In this document: one piece after another, positions 1 through 12,200 of the stretch
Numbering within the stretch: position 1 is the first letter of the stretch
Layout: each line of letters starts with the position of its first letter
Assembly: GCA_040954595.2 (NCBI GenBank)
Contig: CM082578.2
Span: 12,400,520-12,464,519, forward strand
DNA length: 64,000 nt
Source: Balanoglossus misakiensis
Taxonomy: Eukaryota > Animalia > Hemichordata
Direction of reading: 5' to 3'
Notes under the pieces: generated by a model
The model's input: the letters and a program-made list of their open reading frames with translations, nothing else
The model's database searches: none
What the model was told of the DNA's origin: nothing
Made by a program: the position numbers and the translations under genes

Positions 1-2042
1 TAGGGTATGGAAAAATCATGACCTATAATGCATTTGAAATGTTGAATAAAAAAGGTGCATTTCGAAGGTCAAGCTGTAAGTAGATTCCTGACACCAGAAT
101 ACATTACACTGGTTTATCGCGCCCAACGTCTGGCGTCTCGCTGGCTCTTTGCAGAGTGCAATTTCCAAGCGCGAGCCATAAACAGAGGGTCATTATTGCT
201 ATGGAGTCTCATTACGACTACCTTGGAAGCGCAATAATGGTAACGGCATCGGACATGCTTGACGGGAATTTCAGACGAACTTATCCGCTGCCGGGTATAG
301 TGACCGCGTTGCAAGCACACTTTTCACTGGTCGCCACTTCTTCCATTTTTAATACGGGCGAATTGTCGTTTCTGTCCCGGAAAGGAGGACTTCCCTCCCG
401 GGGGTGCCAAAGCGGATGTGAGAGTTTGGGATAAAAACAAAAGGATAGGATTAATTAAACGCAACGGCCGCGACGCCAAACCGCGAGGAAGTGCGTCCGG
501 GCGTCACTATACCTATGGCAATAATTTGGCGCCCACGCTCAGCGGAGGGAGGGGGAGTATAGTAGTCAAGTTAAAAACAAGTTTCAGGAAATACTTTTGA
601 CTATACACCGAACGATGCGATGGAAAAGACGGTCGCAAACTAGAAACACGCCAAACCGTGTCACCAGATATCAGTTATCGGGAAATATGAAATCAGCGCG
701 CCCACATTTTTTCCTACTTTAGTAAATGCCTCCTTCACTTTTCGCGCAATTACTCAATATGCTCTTTTTTCAATTTCTGGGTCAGAACGCACATGAAATA
801 TGCGCATCACGAAACATTCTTCCAGGGTCACACCCCCAATCGCACACGCCAATCTAAAAATATAAAAAAGATTTAAACTAAATGGCTTCCCCTTTTTAAA
901 AAAGAAGAAGTACTTCTTCGAGGCAAAATCTACCTTTGATTAAGGGGTGAAGAAAGCGTCTCATATTTCAATGATAATGCATTCCTCACGTGCCTCGGTA
1001 AGAATGCAAAAATCAATGCATCATTGATTTTTATTAGGAACCTCCAGAGGAAATTGCCGCTGACGTGACCGATGTACCGACCAGCCGGATTAGTATCGGT
1101 CCGCTGAAACAAGTAGAACCACTCAGCTGGCATAACTTTACGTTAATCACGCGAATGGGTAAATTTGGCTAAATTCATCATTATTTTTTAAATAAGAATT
1201 CTGTGTGCCATAGTAAAAAAAACAGATTATGTTTTTTCCGCTTCCTGAAATGTGCCCACCCACCCCATCCAGTTGTGTACCCACAATTCCCTGATTCCGC
1301 TCGTCGTAGTTACAATGCATGAATACTTCGATAATATGATTATAACCTACGGAAAATACAAAGATAGTATTATGCCCTAAAAGTATTTTCGTGTAATGTC
1401 GATACGCTGAATTTGAGAAGAGACCATAAAACCGACGATGCAGCATTAATGCAATGTGATTACATGAATAATTTCCCCTAATTGACCGCAATCATATTTA
1501 AGAAATGGTAATTTTCTTCTAACATGAAATCTATCTTTTTAGATAATTCTTTAAGTATACACTACTATAATGGATTGCCAATTGAAAATACCAGTCAACC
1601 CCCCCCCCCTCTCCCCGTTATTTCGAAATGGACGTTCCCTTCCGTCCACAAAGAGGAGCAAAGACTTGGGATTGATATCAACTGTGGCCATCGCGATTGT
1701 TACATCTGACTTTGCTCCCTTGCGTACTCCTTTAATCAGACTCTGACACCATTTTCAGAGATTGCATCAGAGAGTCCGTTAAAAATGATCTTATCCGACT
1801 GAAAGCAGTCACTTTATCGGTGCAATCTCCTCTCAGCTTTCTACTGCAACGTCGTCGTCGTAGTCGCTGTTGTCGTCGACAATTGCACTTGTAATATCGA
1901 CAAGCATGGAAACATTTCCCAAGTGGGTTACTACTCCACTGTGTCCACACAGTCTGGCCGTGTGTGAGAATGTCCGCAAGGATTCTGATGCATGGAAACT
2001 GATTGCACGCATACAGACCTCTATGGGCTGCAATAGCCTTTA

Positions 2043-2258
2043 GGGGAGAACCATTTGATTTTGGGGGGGGGGGGTATGGAGGATATGGGTATGTCAGCAC
2101 TTGTTTTTCAGCCACTCTCACAGCATTATTTTTCTTTTGCCAGTCCACCTATTTCCTCAAGGTATTGCAGAAGAAAATGTTTTTTTTTTCTTCGCACCAA
2201 CAATTCTTTTTTTTTCAAAATTCCTCCACCCACCCCCAGAAATCAAATGGTTCCCACC
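2043..2258. mobile_element. MITE, Tourist/PIF-Harbinger-like, copy 1 (216 bp)
   Basis: Imperfect TIRs GGGGAGAACCATTTGATTT..GGGGG / CCCCCAGAAATCAAATGGTTCCCACC, flanked by TTA on both sides (2040-2042, 2259-2261). Non-coding interior. Confidence 0.8.
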
Positions 2259-2576
2259 TTAATAATAGCTCTCGCATTATTCAATTGTCGGGCGAGGCAT
2301 GGTGTAGGACTACTGCTGCCTGGATGTGGGTCTGTGTGCCTCCGCTGCAGGAAGCAATTTGCCATTAAGGCGGTGGAGAGAACGACCACCTGCTTGCTTA
2401 AGGGGGTTCATGGTCCCACCACAGTCGCGCAGTAAATTCAGACAAATTTTATTATAGTCGGCATTAAGTCGCGATTAACCTAGTTATGGTATTCGTGTAA
2501 CAAGCCACGCATATTTGTTTCTTGCTGTAAGCTCTCTGACTCTTCGTTTTTTTCGTCGTATTTTCCTCCGTCTAAA

Positions 2577-3033
2577 AAGGAAAACCCAGTGTATCGTAAA
2601 AGCTCAAAACACATTGACATCAAATATCATTTCCTTAGAGATGAAGTCCACAACAGTCGTATTGTATTAACTTACATTGAAAGCGAATGTAATGTGGCTG
2701 ATGTATTTACCAAACCAGTTTCAAAAAGTAAACTGAATGTGTTAAATTTAGAAAGTTCAGTTTAAGAGGGGGTGTTGAAGTAAACTGAACTTTACCCAGA
2801 TGGTCACTTTCTTTGATATGTAAATGATAGTCTCATTATGCATGTATGCGTTATGTAAGCTTGGTGGGGTTTTTCCGCTCTTGTGGGTGTTCAACTCAGT
2901 TCAGACTTGGTCAGTGATGTGTTCATCCACTACACGTGTTGGCGTCAAATAAAGTAAGTGACTGTACAGAAAACAAGCTATCGCTTCCTCTAGTTATATT
3001 GCACCGGACGCAATGAACTACCGCACCTCAACA
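2577..3033 (+). mobile_element. 5'-truncated Ty1/Copia LTR retrotransposon: RNase H C-terminus, polypurine tract and 3' LTR
   Basis: 2577-2765 translates KENPVYRKSSKHIDIKYHFLRDEVHNSRIVLTYIESECNVADVFTKPVSKSKLNVLNLESSV*, carrying the Copia KHID..YHF and ADxFTKP motifs. PPT AAGAGGGGG at 2764-2772. LTR TGTTGA...TCAACA at 2773-3033 (261 bp) with AATAAA at 2948. Confidence 0.92.
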
Positions 3034-6000
3034 AGTATTTTCACCATTAGATATGCGAGAACGTAAGTTATCAGAGATATGGTCTCACCCTGCTAAATAT
3101 AAAGCATACTGTTGGAGTGAACGTATAGATAACTTTCCAGCATCATGCACAACGGTTTCTGGTTCCATTTTGATAGAAAATGTTATTCACATATAAGAAA
3201 CCCTTACCGTGGGGTATGAATTTTTCTGACGAAAATTCACAGAGAAGGTTACTCTGAAGGCTACAGAAAAAAAAGCCGAAGACGGCATTTACGCTAGCTT
3301 CATTTCAGAAGCGATATGTTTTTCATGATGCCTGTATACATTTTGTTCGTCTTTCCTTTCACGAGACAATTTTCAGATTTTCTCCCTTTTGAATTATTGT
3401 CTGTGGCGCGCAAATGCTAGAAGACTCTAGAGATATATCCGTGTGAATACCTATCGTGCGCAAAAAATACATTGCAACGTTTCTGTACCGTGATGAATAG
3501 CTCTGAAGTATTTTGGAATTGTCCACGCTGTTTTGACAGATTCAGCCGCGAGGTGCCAGCGAGACGTGGCGACAGGGATTGTTCCGTATAAGATCCTTCG
3601 AAGAAAACAAGCTCCAATAGCCTACAGACTGTGCCGAGTTCTGTCAGTGTGATGCGAATGAGCTTTTTTTTAAACAGCGCGAAATATAAACAATACAAAA
3701 TAGTGCGAGCTGCAACGAGTCCGATTTTTAAGTAACAGACTCAGAGACGCACGCGCGCCGAGTGACAGAGGGTCAAGCTGCTAGCTGTAGATAAAAAGAC
3801 TATCCCACCATTTCTCTGATACCCACCGTTCCGTAAAATTACTTTAAAAGACTCCTGGCAATTATCTTCAAACGAGTGTTGAAATATTTGAGGTTCTGTC
3901 TGGAAAGACCCCCTCCACACCGTTCCAGATTTCTCTGAACTTTGTTCGTTTATATTTGCCAGGGATATGTTATTCGAAAACAACCACAGTCTGCGCTTGC
4001 TCCTGTTCGCTGGAGCAAATCTTTCCATGTAGTTTATACATATGCATTCCTTGTAAGCAGAAGACACAGATCCCTAATTCGGTGCACTGGGAAATAAAAA
4101 AAATCCAAATTGCTTATTAAGTTTGCAGAAATTCAATATTTGTAATAAAATCAGCCACCGTGACAAATCCTCGTCAAGAAACTCTAAGCCATAATTGCTT
4201 TAAATTTCTTCAAAAAATGACGAGCGTTTTCTCCAATGTGTATATCGCCGGGTGAATTTTGATTAGGTGCTGTGATTAAGATAGTAATTAGATAATGTGT
4301 ACTGACAAAGAGTTAAATTTTCAAATTTGTAGTCTGTAAAAAAATCGGTTCACCTGAGAGTTCCATGTTTTAAGATGTAAATTCGCTCTAAATTTCAGTT
4401 TGTCCCGATGCTTTGACGCGTGAGATACCAACGGAATGTCATTACATCCGACAAATTCGTGCAACTTTTAAAACCGCGTCAGTGTGTACACATCTTTAGG
4501 TTAGAACTCTAGCAATAAAGCATCCAAACGAACTAAAGTTTTTGTGTGTGTGTGAACACGACTGAGATGATTAAAGTGCATGCACAGCTGCAGAAAGTCA
4601 AACGGACCCCCAGCAAAGCTATCACAACGCCCGGGACTGCGGGAATATAATTAAGCAACCAATGCGGAATGTCACAGTAGATTAATTCACCAGCGCACAT
4701 TCGGTGCATGGCTACAATGATATTGGAATTGTTAACGGCAGCAGGGCGCAACCCGGTCCCTCTTTATATCTGCTGGTAGATTAGTTTTGAGAGCTGGATA
4801 TTTTAAATCACCGATTCTCTGTACTTTTTATGGCGCTTTTCGCACGCAGCATAAACCTTGCAATAAAAAATCCGAGACAAGCTCTTGTCACGAAGGCTCT
4901 GGTGTCCCAGTGTTCTGTTCGAAAACTGAACTGTCTATACTAGCATCGCGTAAGCTATGCCAGGTAATGCCGGCGAAGACCTGACCATAAGACAAGTCAA
5001 CGGATTTAATCTCAGCCTCTATTAAGAGTTTACTATTCATTTTGATTGCCGTGGCCGATTTAACCGGGACTGTAAATCAGCTGTATTTCTCGTATTAACC
5101 TACAGCTGCTTTTTCGTTGTCGAAATCCCGTCTTTTTCAGTTAAACATGGGCGATGGCAGCCGTACATCGATTTAAAACGCCCATGAGCTTCAAACTTCG
5201 GCAAACTGCTTGATACAAACTAAACACTGGCACTGCAATCACGAGCGCAGCCCATGGTAATTTGTAGTTATCATTTCCCACTCTATAACCGTTAATGGAC
5301 ATCCTCAATACCTAACATGACTACCCAACAGCATAGGTCAACTTAAATTTAGCTCCGGGTAACATTCTTTTGTTTGCCTTATTCTTTCATACACCCCTTT
5401 GAAGACGGAACCGCCTTTCTTCTGTTGAATGAAGATAACGAGAACTCGAAGGACGTTTGCAGTGTGGTAGTATTACAGACGTTCAATTATCGCACGATTT
5501 TAGATGATAACCGGTCTGCAGAAAAAAAAAAATGAGAGATACATGTACATGTACTATAGTCGAGGAAATGAAATTGGATTCCCAAGGAAATGTAAACGGT
5601 AAACAGGCCAGCTCTTGCTGAAATTGAATCTTTCGCTAATACCTAAACACTGCATAACGGTTATTAGTTTAATACGATAGCGCAATCTCTGTGGTGTACT
5701 TAAGCCAGGTATCCGCCAACGGATTTATTCTGATGAATCTTTGTCAATAAATTCTGATTTGAATTTTCTTCCTCGGTAGCTTATATGTTTTGTTCCCTCT
5801 TGACACAGATCCGTGCGGGCGATTTTCGCGCGATATTTTTTACAATGCCTGAACGATGCGGGACCTGTGGGTGTAGGTTAGAAACGTGGCGCAGTTGTAA
5901 TAAAAATGTATTGAGATGGACTTACTTAACGCTGTGCGTGATTAATACCGGTTCTTTATTAACTCGAATTATTACATATACACATGAGTTACAAGTTCCC

Positions 6001-9000
6001 AAGGGCAAATTCACAAGACTTTTATTGCTATAGTAGATTAACAATATTCTTATATTCTTATAAGACATCATCAGAATGAGTTTATAAATAAACTGAATAC
6101 AATATACATATACGCACGCGCACACACACATATGAATATAGAGTCGATAAGCAAACCACCGAAACTGCCAAAATCAAAGAAACCAAACGTGCACTCAAAA
6201 TTGAAAATTTGCGCATAGGTATTGATTGTATCCCATAATACACAGTCCAGAGGAGAATAAAAGGGCACCAGTGTACATGAATACGTCATCTTTTATAAGT
6301 ATCTTATGCTATAATTATATTTTGTATGCATATACCACATGCGAGGTCCAGAGGTCTGAAACACATATCTCAAACTGGAAGTGGCGTTAATTCCAATCCT
6401 ATTACACGCAATGACGCCGAGGTCAAAAAGGTCAAGACTGAAGATGCCACCCGAAACATCCAATCGAACTCAAATGAAAACGCAGAAATGCGGGGCCGAC
6501 TGAATCTTTGAAGGTCAAACGATAAAATCTGTCTGTATTCCGGTATCGCGCCAAAACTTTTAGCAAATAACGCCTAATATCCCGCGTTTGCTACGTTTGG
6601 TCGATTTACAGATATGCGACCACATCATTTAATTTTGAAAATTGCAATATACATACAGAACTCGGCAATCGGGCTCGGCCATCGGGATTATTAAGATTCC
6701 GACTTAGATCTGAGATTAATGGTTCTTTGATAGGACAGATAAATGAATAGAAGTGGCAATGCCTCCCACGACTGCGGCGCCAAGTCTTCTGTAACCTGCG
6801 TAAGACCACACAATCGGCGAGTTCCAGTTCTCGCCTTATCTGCCGGATTAGCCGATAGGAGAAAGGTAATACCTAAGTACAATTATTTCGTTTTACGTTT
6901 CTAGTCCTTATCATTATGCATATATGATACGAGAAAATTCAATTCCATTTATTAATACCGTTTATTCAATTCGATTCCAGAATTCTGTCGCAATGTCTTA
7001 GTTCATCGTCGTCTATGTCTAGTTTTTGGATGGTCTTGATTACAATGCGGCCAGCAGACGACCGTCCTTTTCCCGCGCAGATGATGTTCCACAAGTTTTC
7101 AAATCACGGAGGAATTTCAAGCCAACCCCTCGAGTGTCCTGTGATTAATAGCACTGTGCCATGACTCAAATATTTTAAAGAACTTTAATGGCCGGATTGA
7201 GATTTTAATGCCTCCGTTGAGAACTACATTTCAGGAAGTCTAACGGCCTCGTGACAAATCCATGGCCATCGTTATCGGTAGTATAAATGCAGTTTATCTC
7301 AAAGAGTACAGAGTGCGCCACATCGTAAGTGACTTTCGCAAGGTCGCTATGCATTACGACACAGGAGAATCTTGCACGAATTAACGTGGTATGCACATCA
7401 AATAATGAATTTTCCATTTCCGCTCGTACCCTTTTTCTCAAGGAAGGTAAAGCAGTCTCCGTCGTCGATGCTCAGAGTTACCAATGCCTTGTTGGTATTC
7501 AAGATGGCCGCCAACCACTACTAGATGGACAGTGGCTGTAACTTTTGGCTACTTGTTCTGCGTATCAACTACTGTCTCTTGTTGTTATTCTTGCATTGTG
7601 ACACTGAATCGAAATCTGTGGTAAATGGTGCGCCAGATATTCACCGTCAGCTTGCAAGTTCAATGCGCCTTGCTAGGCTTGACAAAGAAAAAACCCAGAC
7701 TAGATCATGGGCTGCGTGCATTATGTTATCATTAGTCTAAGTCATGGTCTCATCCAATCATATCAGAGAGTGCATGGCTTTCTTATCGTAGCCTTCACAT
7801 TTGAATGAATGGAATGTGATTTGAGTAGTTTGGAAAATGTTGTGTTTGGCCTGTGGTAAGACACATTTACTCCGCTAACAGATAATATTTAGTATCGAGG
7901 TTGGGATCGGAAAAGGGACAAACTTCTGTTTCATCGGTTTCGAGGAATGCGATGATAAGCACTTCTGCTTTCTCCAGTTTTGTCGTCGGTTGTCCTATTT
8001 TTATACACATGATCCCAGGGCTTGTTGTTGCAATGACTAAATATCTCGCGTGTGCCATAGAATTCGACAGAGAATTGCATTTTAATTGTTAACAAATTGT
8101 GAAAGGCAAGAAACAGTTATCCTGTGATCTAGTCATGTACAGTCATTATTTAGCCTTTTCAAGCGATAAAGACGACGCTGAACAAACGACCGTATCTGAG
8201 CGGAGGAAAATTACTCACTTTCGTCAAGAAATCACGATTCTCAAATATAATCAGCGTGACTAGAGGTAGACTTGATTAATTGCTAGTGAGCCGCGGCACG
8301 TTTGCCCCTAAGATAAATGAACACTTGCATGCTTGCACCGTTTATGTGTCAAGTGATTTTCAGTAGGTCTGCCACAAATATTACTTTCATTACTATTCAG
8401 GATACTAAAATGACAACATCGGGCCTAATAATTCTGGACCTTTGAGAAGTTTCGTAAGCGTAAACCCTGCACTGAATGTGGCAAAAACACGTAATTACGA
8501 GTATAGTAGCCTGTTTTGCATACATAATAAGATTGAGCTCGTCTTGTGCACTAGCACTGTCTGTGATCGATCGTCAATGGCCAATATGGCCGACGAATGA
8601 AAGTGCGTCATCTATACAGTTTGCTGGAGCCTCGGTTTCAGTTTCTTCGATTCCATCGTTCCCGTTGCTGCTGTCTGAATTAAGCGTTTGGCGGAGCATC
8701 ATTGGTGCCCGCGGTCGCTAGGCGAATTCAATTTGTTCTTGGGAAGTGTAATCTGTACCTTTCAGACAAGAAGAAATGGTATTCCACATTTGAACTGATC
8801 TTTCTCATTAGTTAGCCATGTACAGAGTTAGCCTAACAATCGTCTCTTTTACTGGCAACCTAACTGGTTCCTGTTCCCGCGGGACCGCTCTGTGTACATG
8901 GACAGAAACAAAATTATCTTAGTAACAACATTACTGGTTATAATCGCATTCTCTTCCAATTCCGATGATTCCTAAAATAGACTGTAACGGTTATTTTAGT

Positions 9001-9206
9001 TTGTGTCATCAATGACTCATCTAATAAAGGGCAGAAGAAGAGCAAATCTCGTCAAATAGGCCCACTACATAAAATTGTATCTTATATAAAAATTGCGGAT
9101 TTACTTAAAGGATCGACGTCGCTCACTTTTATCATTGTAATTTGGTTTCCTCTGGTTTCTTTTCGTAACTAGTGTCGTTCGGCGCGAACTAAAGCATGCT
9201 CTCTGA

Positions 9207-9239
9207 CCGGATGTCACGTGACGTCACAGCTCTGCGTCA
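9207..9239. promoter_or_regulatory. Composite ETS / E-box / CRE element
   Basis: CCGGATGT (9207-9214) overlaps the palindrome GTCACGTGAC (9213-9222), which overlaps the palindrome GTGACGTCAC (9218-9227). TGCGTCA at 9233. Function is inferred from motifs only. Confidence 0.45.
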
Positions 9240-12200
9240 GCTCACACTCTGTAAATGCGGAGGAAATTGTGACATGTAATGAAATGCATGAACCCAAAGC
9301 GCTTGCTTTCCGTTTTTTTCTTTAAATTGGAGGGAATATTCGTGCAGCTTATTTGATTGGGGACAGTTGGAGTAGCGGGGTGCCGCCGTGGTCGAGTATT
9401 AACGATCTTTTAACGTTACCGTCGATTATTATCATGAATTAGGCATGTACTCCCCAGAGCAAATCTCACTGAATCCGACAACTGCAAGCAGTCCAGATCA
9501 AATTTACCACACTCTTTTTTGTCGCCGCGACAGCGAAAATAAGTAAATTGTCCCCACAAACCTCACGACCGCTTGAAGAGTTTTTTTGCCCAGTGTCGTT
9601 TGGCGAGGAAGCCCCCAGCATGAGCGCGTGACCCTGCAAGTCAACCGTATAGCAGTACATCCGACTGTTACTGCTTCGGTTTATTTCGGCTATTTCATCA
9701 TCATCGGCTCCTTTCAAATCACCGTTCTCAGTCTCTCGTTTCGCGCGCATTAGTGGATACCCCTGCAGAATTGCAATTGTTGGCTTCCGTAAAAGCGACG
9801 GTGATTTCATCACTGACGAGCATCGTTAGCGAGTCGAAACCACGCCACGAGCATCTAAAATCTCCCGCGGAGTGTGTTTCTCAAAGTAGCGTTGGCCGAC
9901 TTTGCGAATGGCTTGGGTGGGCGGCACGCGAAATAGGAGAACGACCTATTAATCCAAATTCCTGACGGAATGTACTGGACCTTAGCTTCCTTCTACCTAT
10001 TTTATTCCAATGTTTTTTGTACATTTAGAATTCTATCATTCAATTTCCCTCGCATGCCATATTACACAGGAGAGGTACATAGGCACTTCACCCGATAATC
10101 CGGCACGCAATGAGCTCACCATGACGTAAGCTCCCCCGTTTGATTAGTGTTGGCTTTTAAATGCCTTCATCAAGCTAATGAGCAGGCAATCTTGCGTCTC
10201 CGTAGATTGACTAGGGTTTCAGTGTATTAGACAACTTATAAACCTTCGAGGCACGCACTGTATCCCCGTTTACAATGCAAACACAGCCAGAGATTGTTAC
10301 TGCGAGCTGACGCATGATATCGACTGCTTCCAAAATTGCAAATATTAATTTTATCGATTAGCTTCATATACGCTGAGGTTTTATTAGTGAGATGTTCCAT
10401 CTGAAATTGCAAGGGTAAGCTAGTCGACGCGCATTTTTCTCATTTTCAGAAGGAGGGGGGAGAGAGGGGGGAGAGGAGCGAGAGAAAGCAATTGTGTATT
10501 AGATTTTCTCATTCCTATCATGAACTCCCCGCGGGTAGTAAAGCTGGACATGGCGAGTTGACAAGAAATAACTGCTATTTTTATGTCTTCTGTAAAAATC
10601 CTATTTTTCCACAAATTAAACGGGAACGCACTTCAGTCGGGTGACGGCCAGGGCATGGTTTGCGATTTAATGTAAGCTTTCTTGGAAGTGGGGCTTCCTG
10701 TAGGGCCTGGCTACTAAATTTAGCTCGTTTTTCTGGGAGAGGATTGAGCTCACCGGGGTCTCAAACGAACTCAGCGGGGATTCCAGAGAATATGTTCGCA
10801 GTATGGGTCATGGGCAAGCGCATATGTCAAAGCACGGTCGTGTGCAGAGGGACGTGGTTCACAGTAAGCCTTCACGCTGTCTTTTGGTCACTGTTTTAAT
10901 ATGCACTGGGCGAAACACGCCAAGGTATGGAGCTGTAGACTATTCGAAACAAGGAAATCCCGTAATGCCAAAAAACATGGCAATACACTTACAAATTACG
11001 TCACACGTTTCCGAGTAAAAATTAAAACCCCAAGTTTTATTAAAACCGTTTCCAAATATCCGATTATTTCCAACATGTAGTCATCATGTACGTCATTTCA
11101 CAGAACTTTTCAATAGATCTTCCCAATTCCCGGAATACCATTGATACGAATTTCCACTGTAGGGATTTCCTCCGGTTGTACGAATCCCTCATTTTGAAGA
11201 GACACTCGCCACAAATGTTCTTTTCGCTGACTACATCACATCCATTCAGTAAGTCGCCGTGTTTTCTATCAGATTGCAGCTAGGACTTAGTAAAGCTAGA
11301 TGTCGGAGAGAGAGAAAGGGATGCTGTCAACCACATTTAAATATTTCACAGACCAAACGAGATCCATCCTGGCATTTCCCTTTTTCAAATCCTCTCCAGA
11401 TGGAATTTCCTTTCGTTAGTTACCTTTCCAACACATTCTGTAAACTTCTATAGCAACGCGTTTTAATTTGCTGAGATTTATTTTTAAATTGGGACTAATT
11501 TCTTTAGCATATTGAATAATCAGAATGTCGTCTGATGGGGAAGACGTGCAGAAATTTGAAAATTAATTGGTAGTTCACTTGATAGCCATTGGATACCACA
11601 AACACGTGATTTCATTGTTAGCATAGATACCAGAATATCTGCAAGCGATGTGTCTTCAAGTATAAACTCAGTGTTATTTTTCAGGGTTGGCGTTCATAAA
11701 GAACAATTCAAACTGGGCATTTTTCCTGGAGAAAATTTACTCAAACCATAAGTTTCTTGCGTTGAACGGGTGAGAATATGAGTAAGCACATGCGATACTC
11801 GAATTATACTAGAGCTTACCATTAAAAAAATTAAACAACACGGTCATTCAACCATAGCGACGCCCAGCCAGTGAGGCAAAGTTGCATATACAGTCTTAAA
11901 TTCAGGTTATACAGCACACCGTGGAAAATACGAGAGGCGCCGACAGAAACACAATGCGGTCTACGGCGTCGTCACCTACTAGGTTATATATAGCTGAGCT
12001 GAAACTCATATCGATCCATATTCTGTTTAAATGAAAATATGATTCTCTGTAGTTTGTTCGTTCGGTTCTGCTTATTTCAAACGCAAACACCTCACAACAG
12101 ATTTACACACAGACTGTGTGTATGTGCGAGAGAGTAATATGAGTATGGTTATACGAGTAATACGACTGCGGTGCAATAATTAGAAAAAAAATGGTATACC

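Noticed and set aside
1597-1641. C-run plus gttatttcgaaatggacgttccct, resembling one TIR of another MITE
   Set aside because: No partner TIR or TSD could be located.
6438-6460. CTGAAGA...CGAAAC minimal hammerhead-like string
   Set aside because: No stem II closing pair and no flanking stems.
9800-9860. Hammerhead-like core CTGACGA...GAAAC
   Set aside because: Stem II has two mismatches, and no UH cleavage triplet with valid stems I and III can be built in type I or type III topology.
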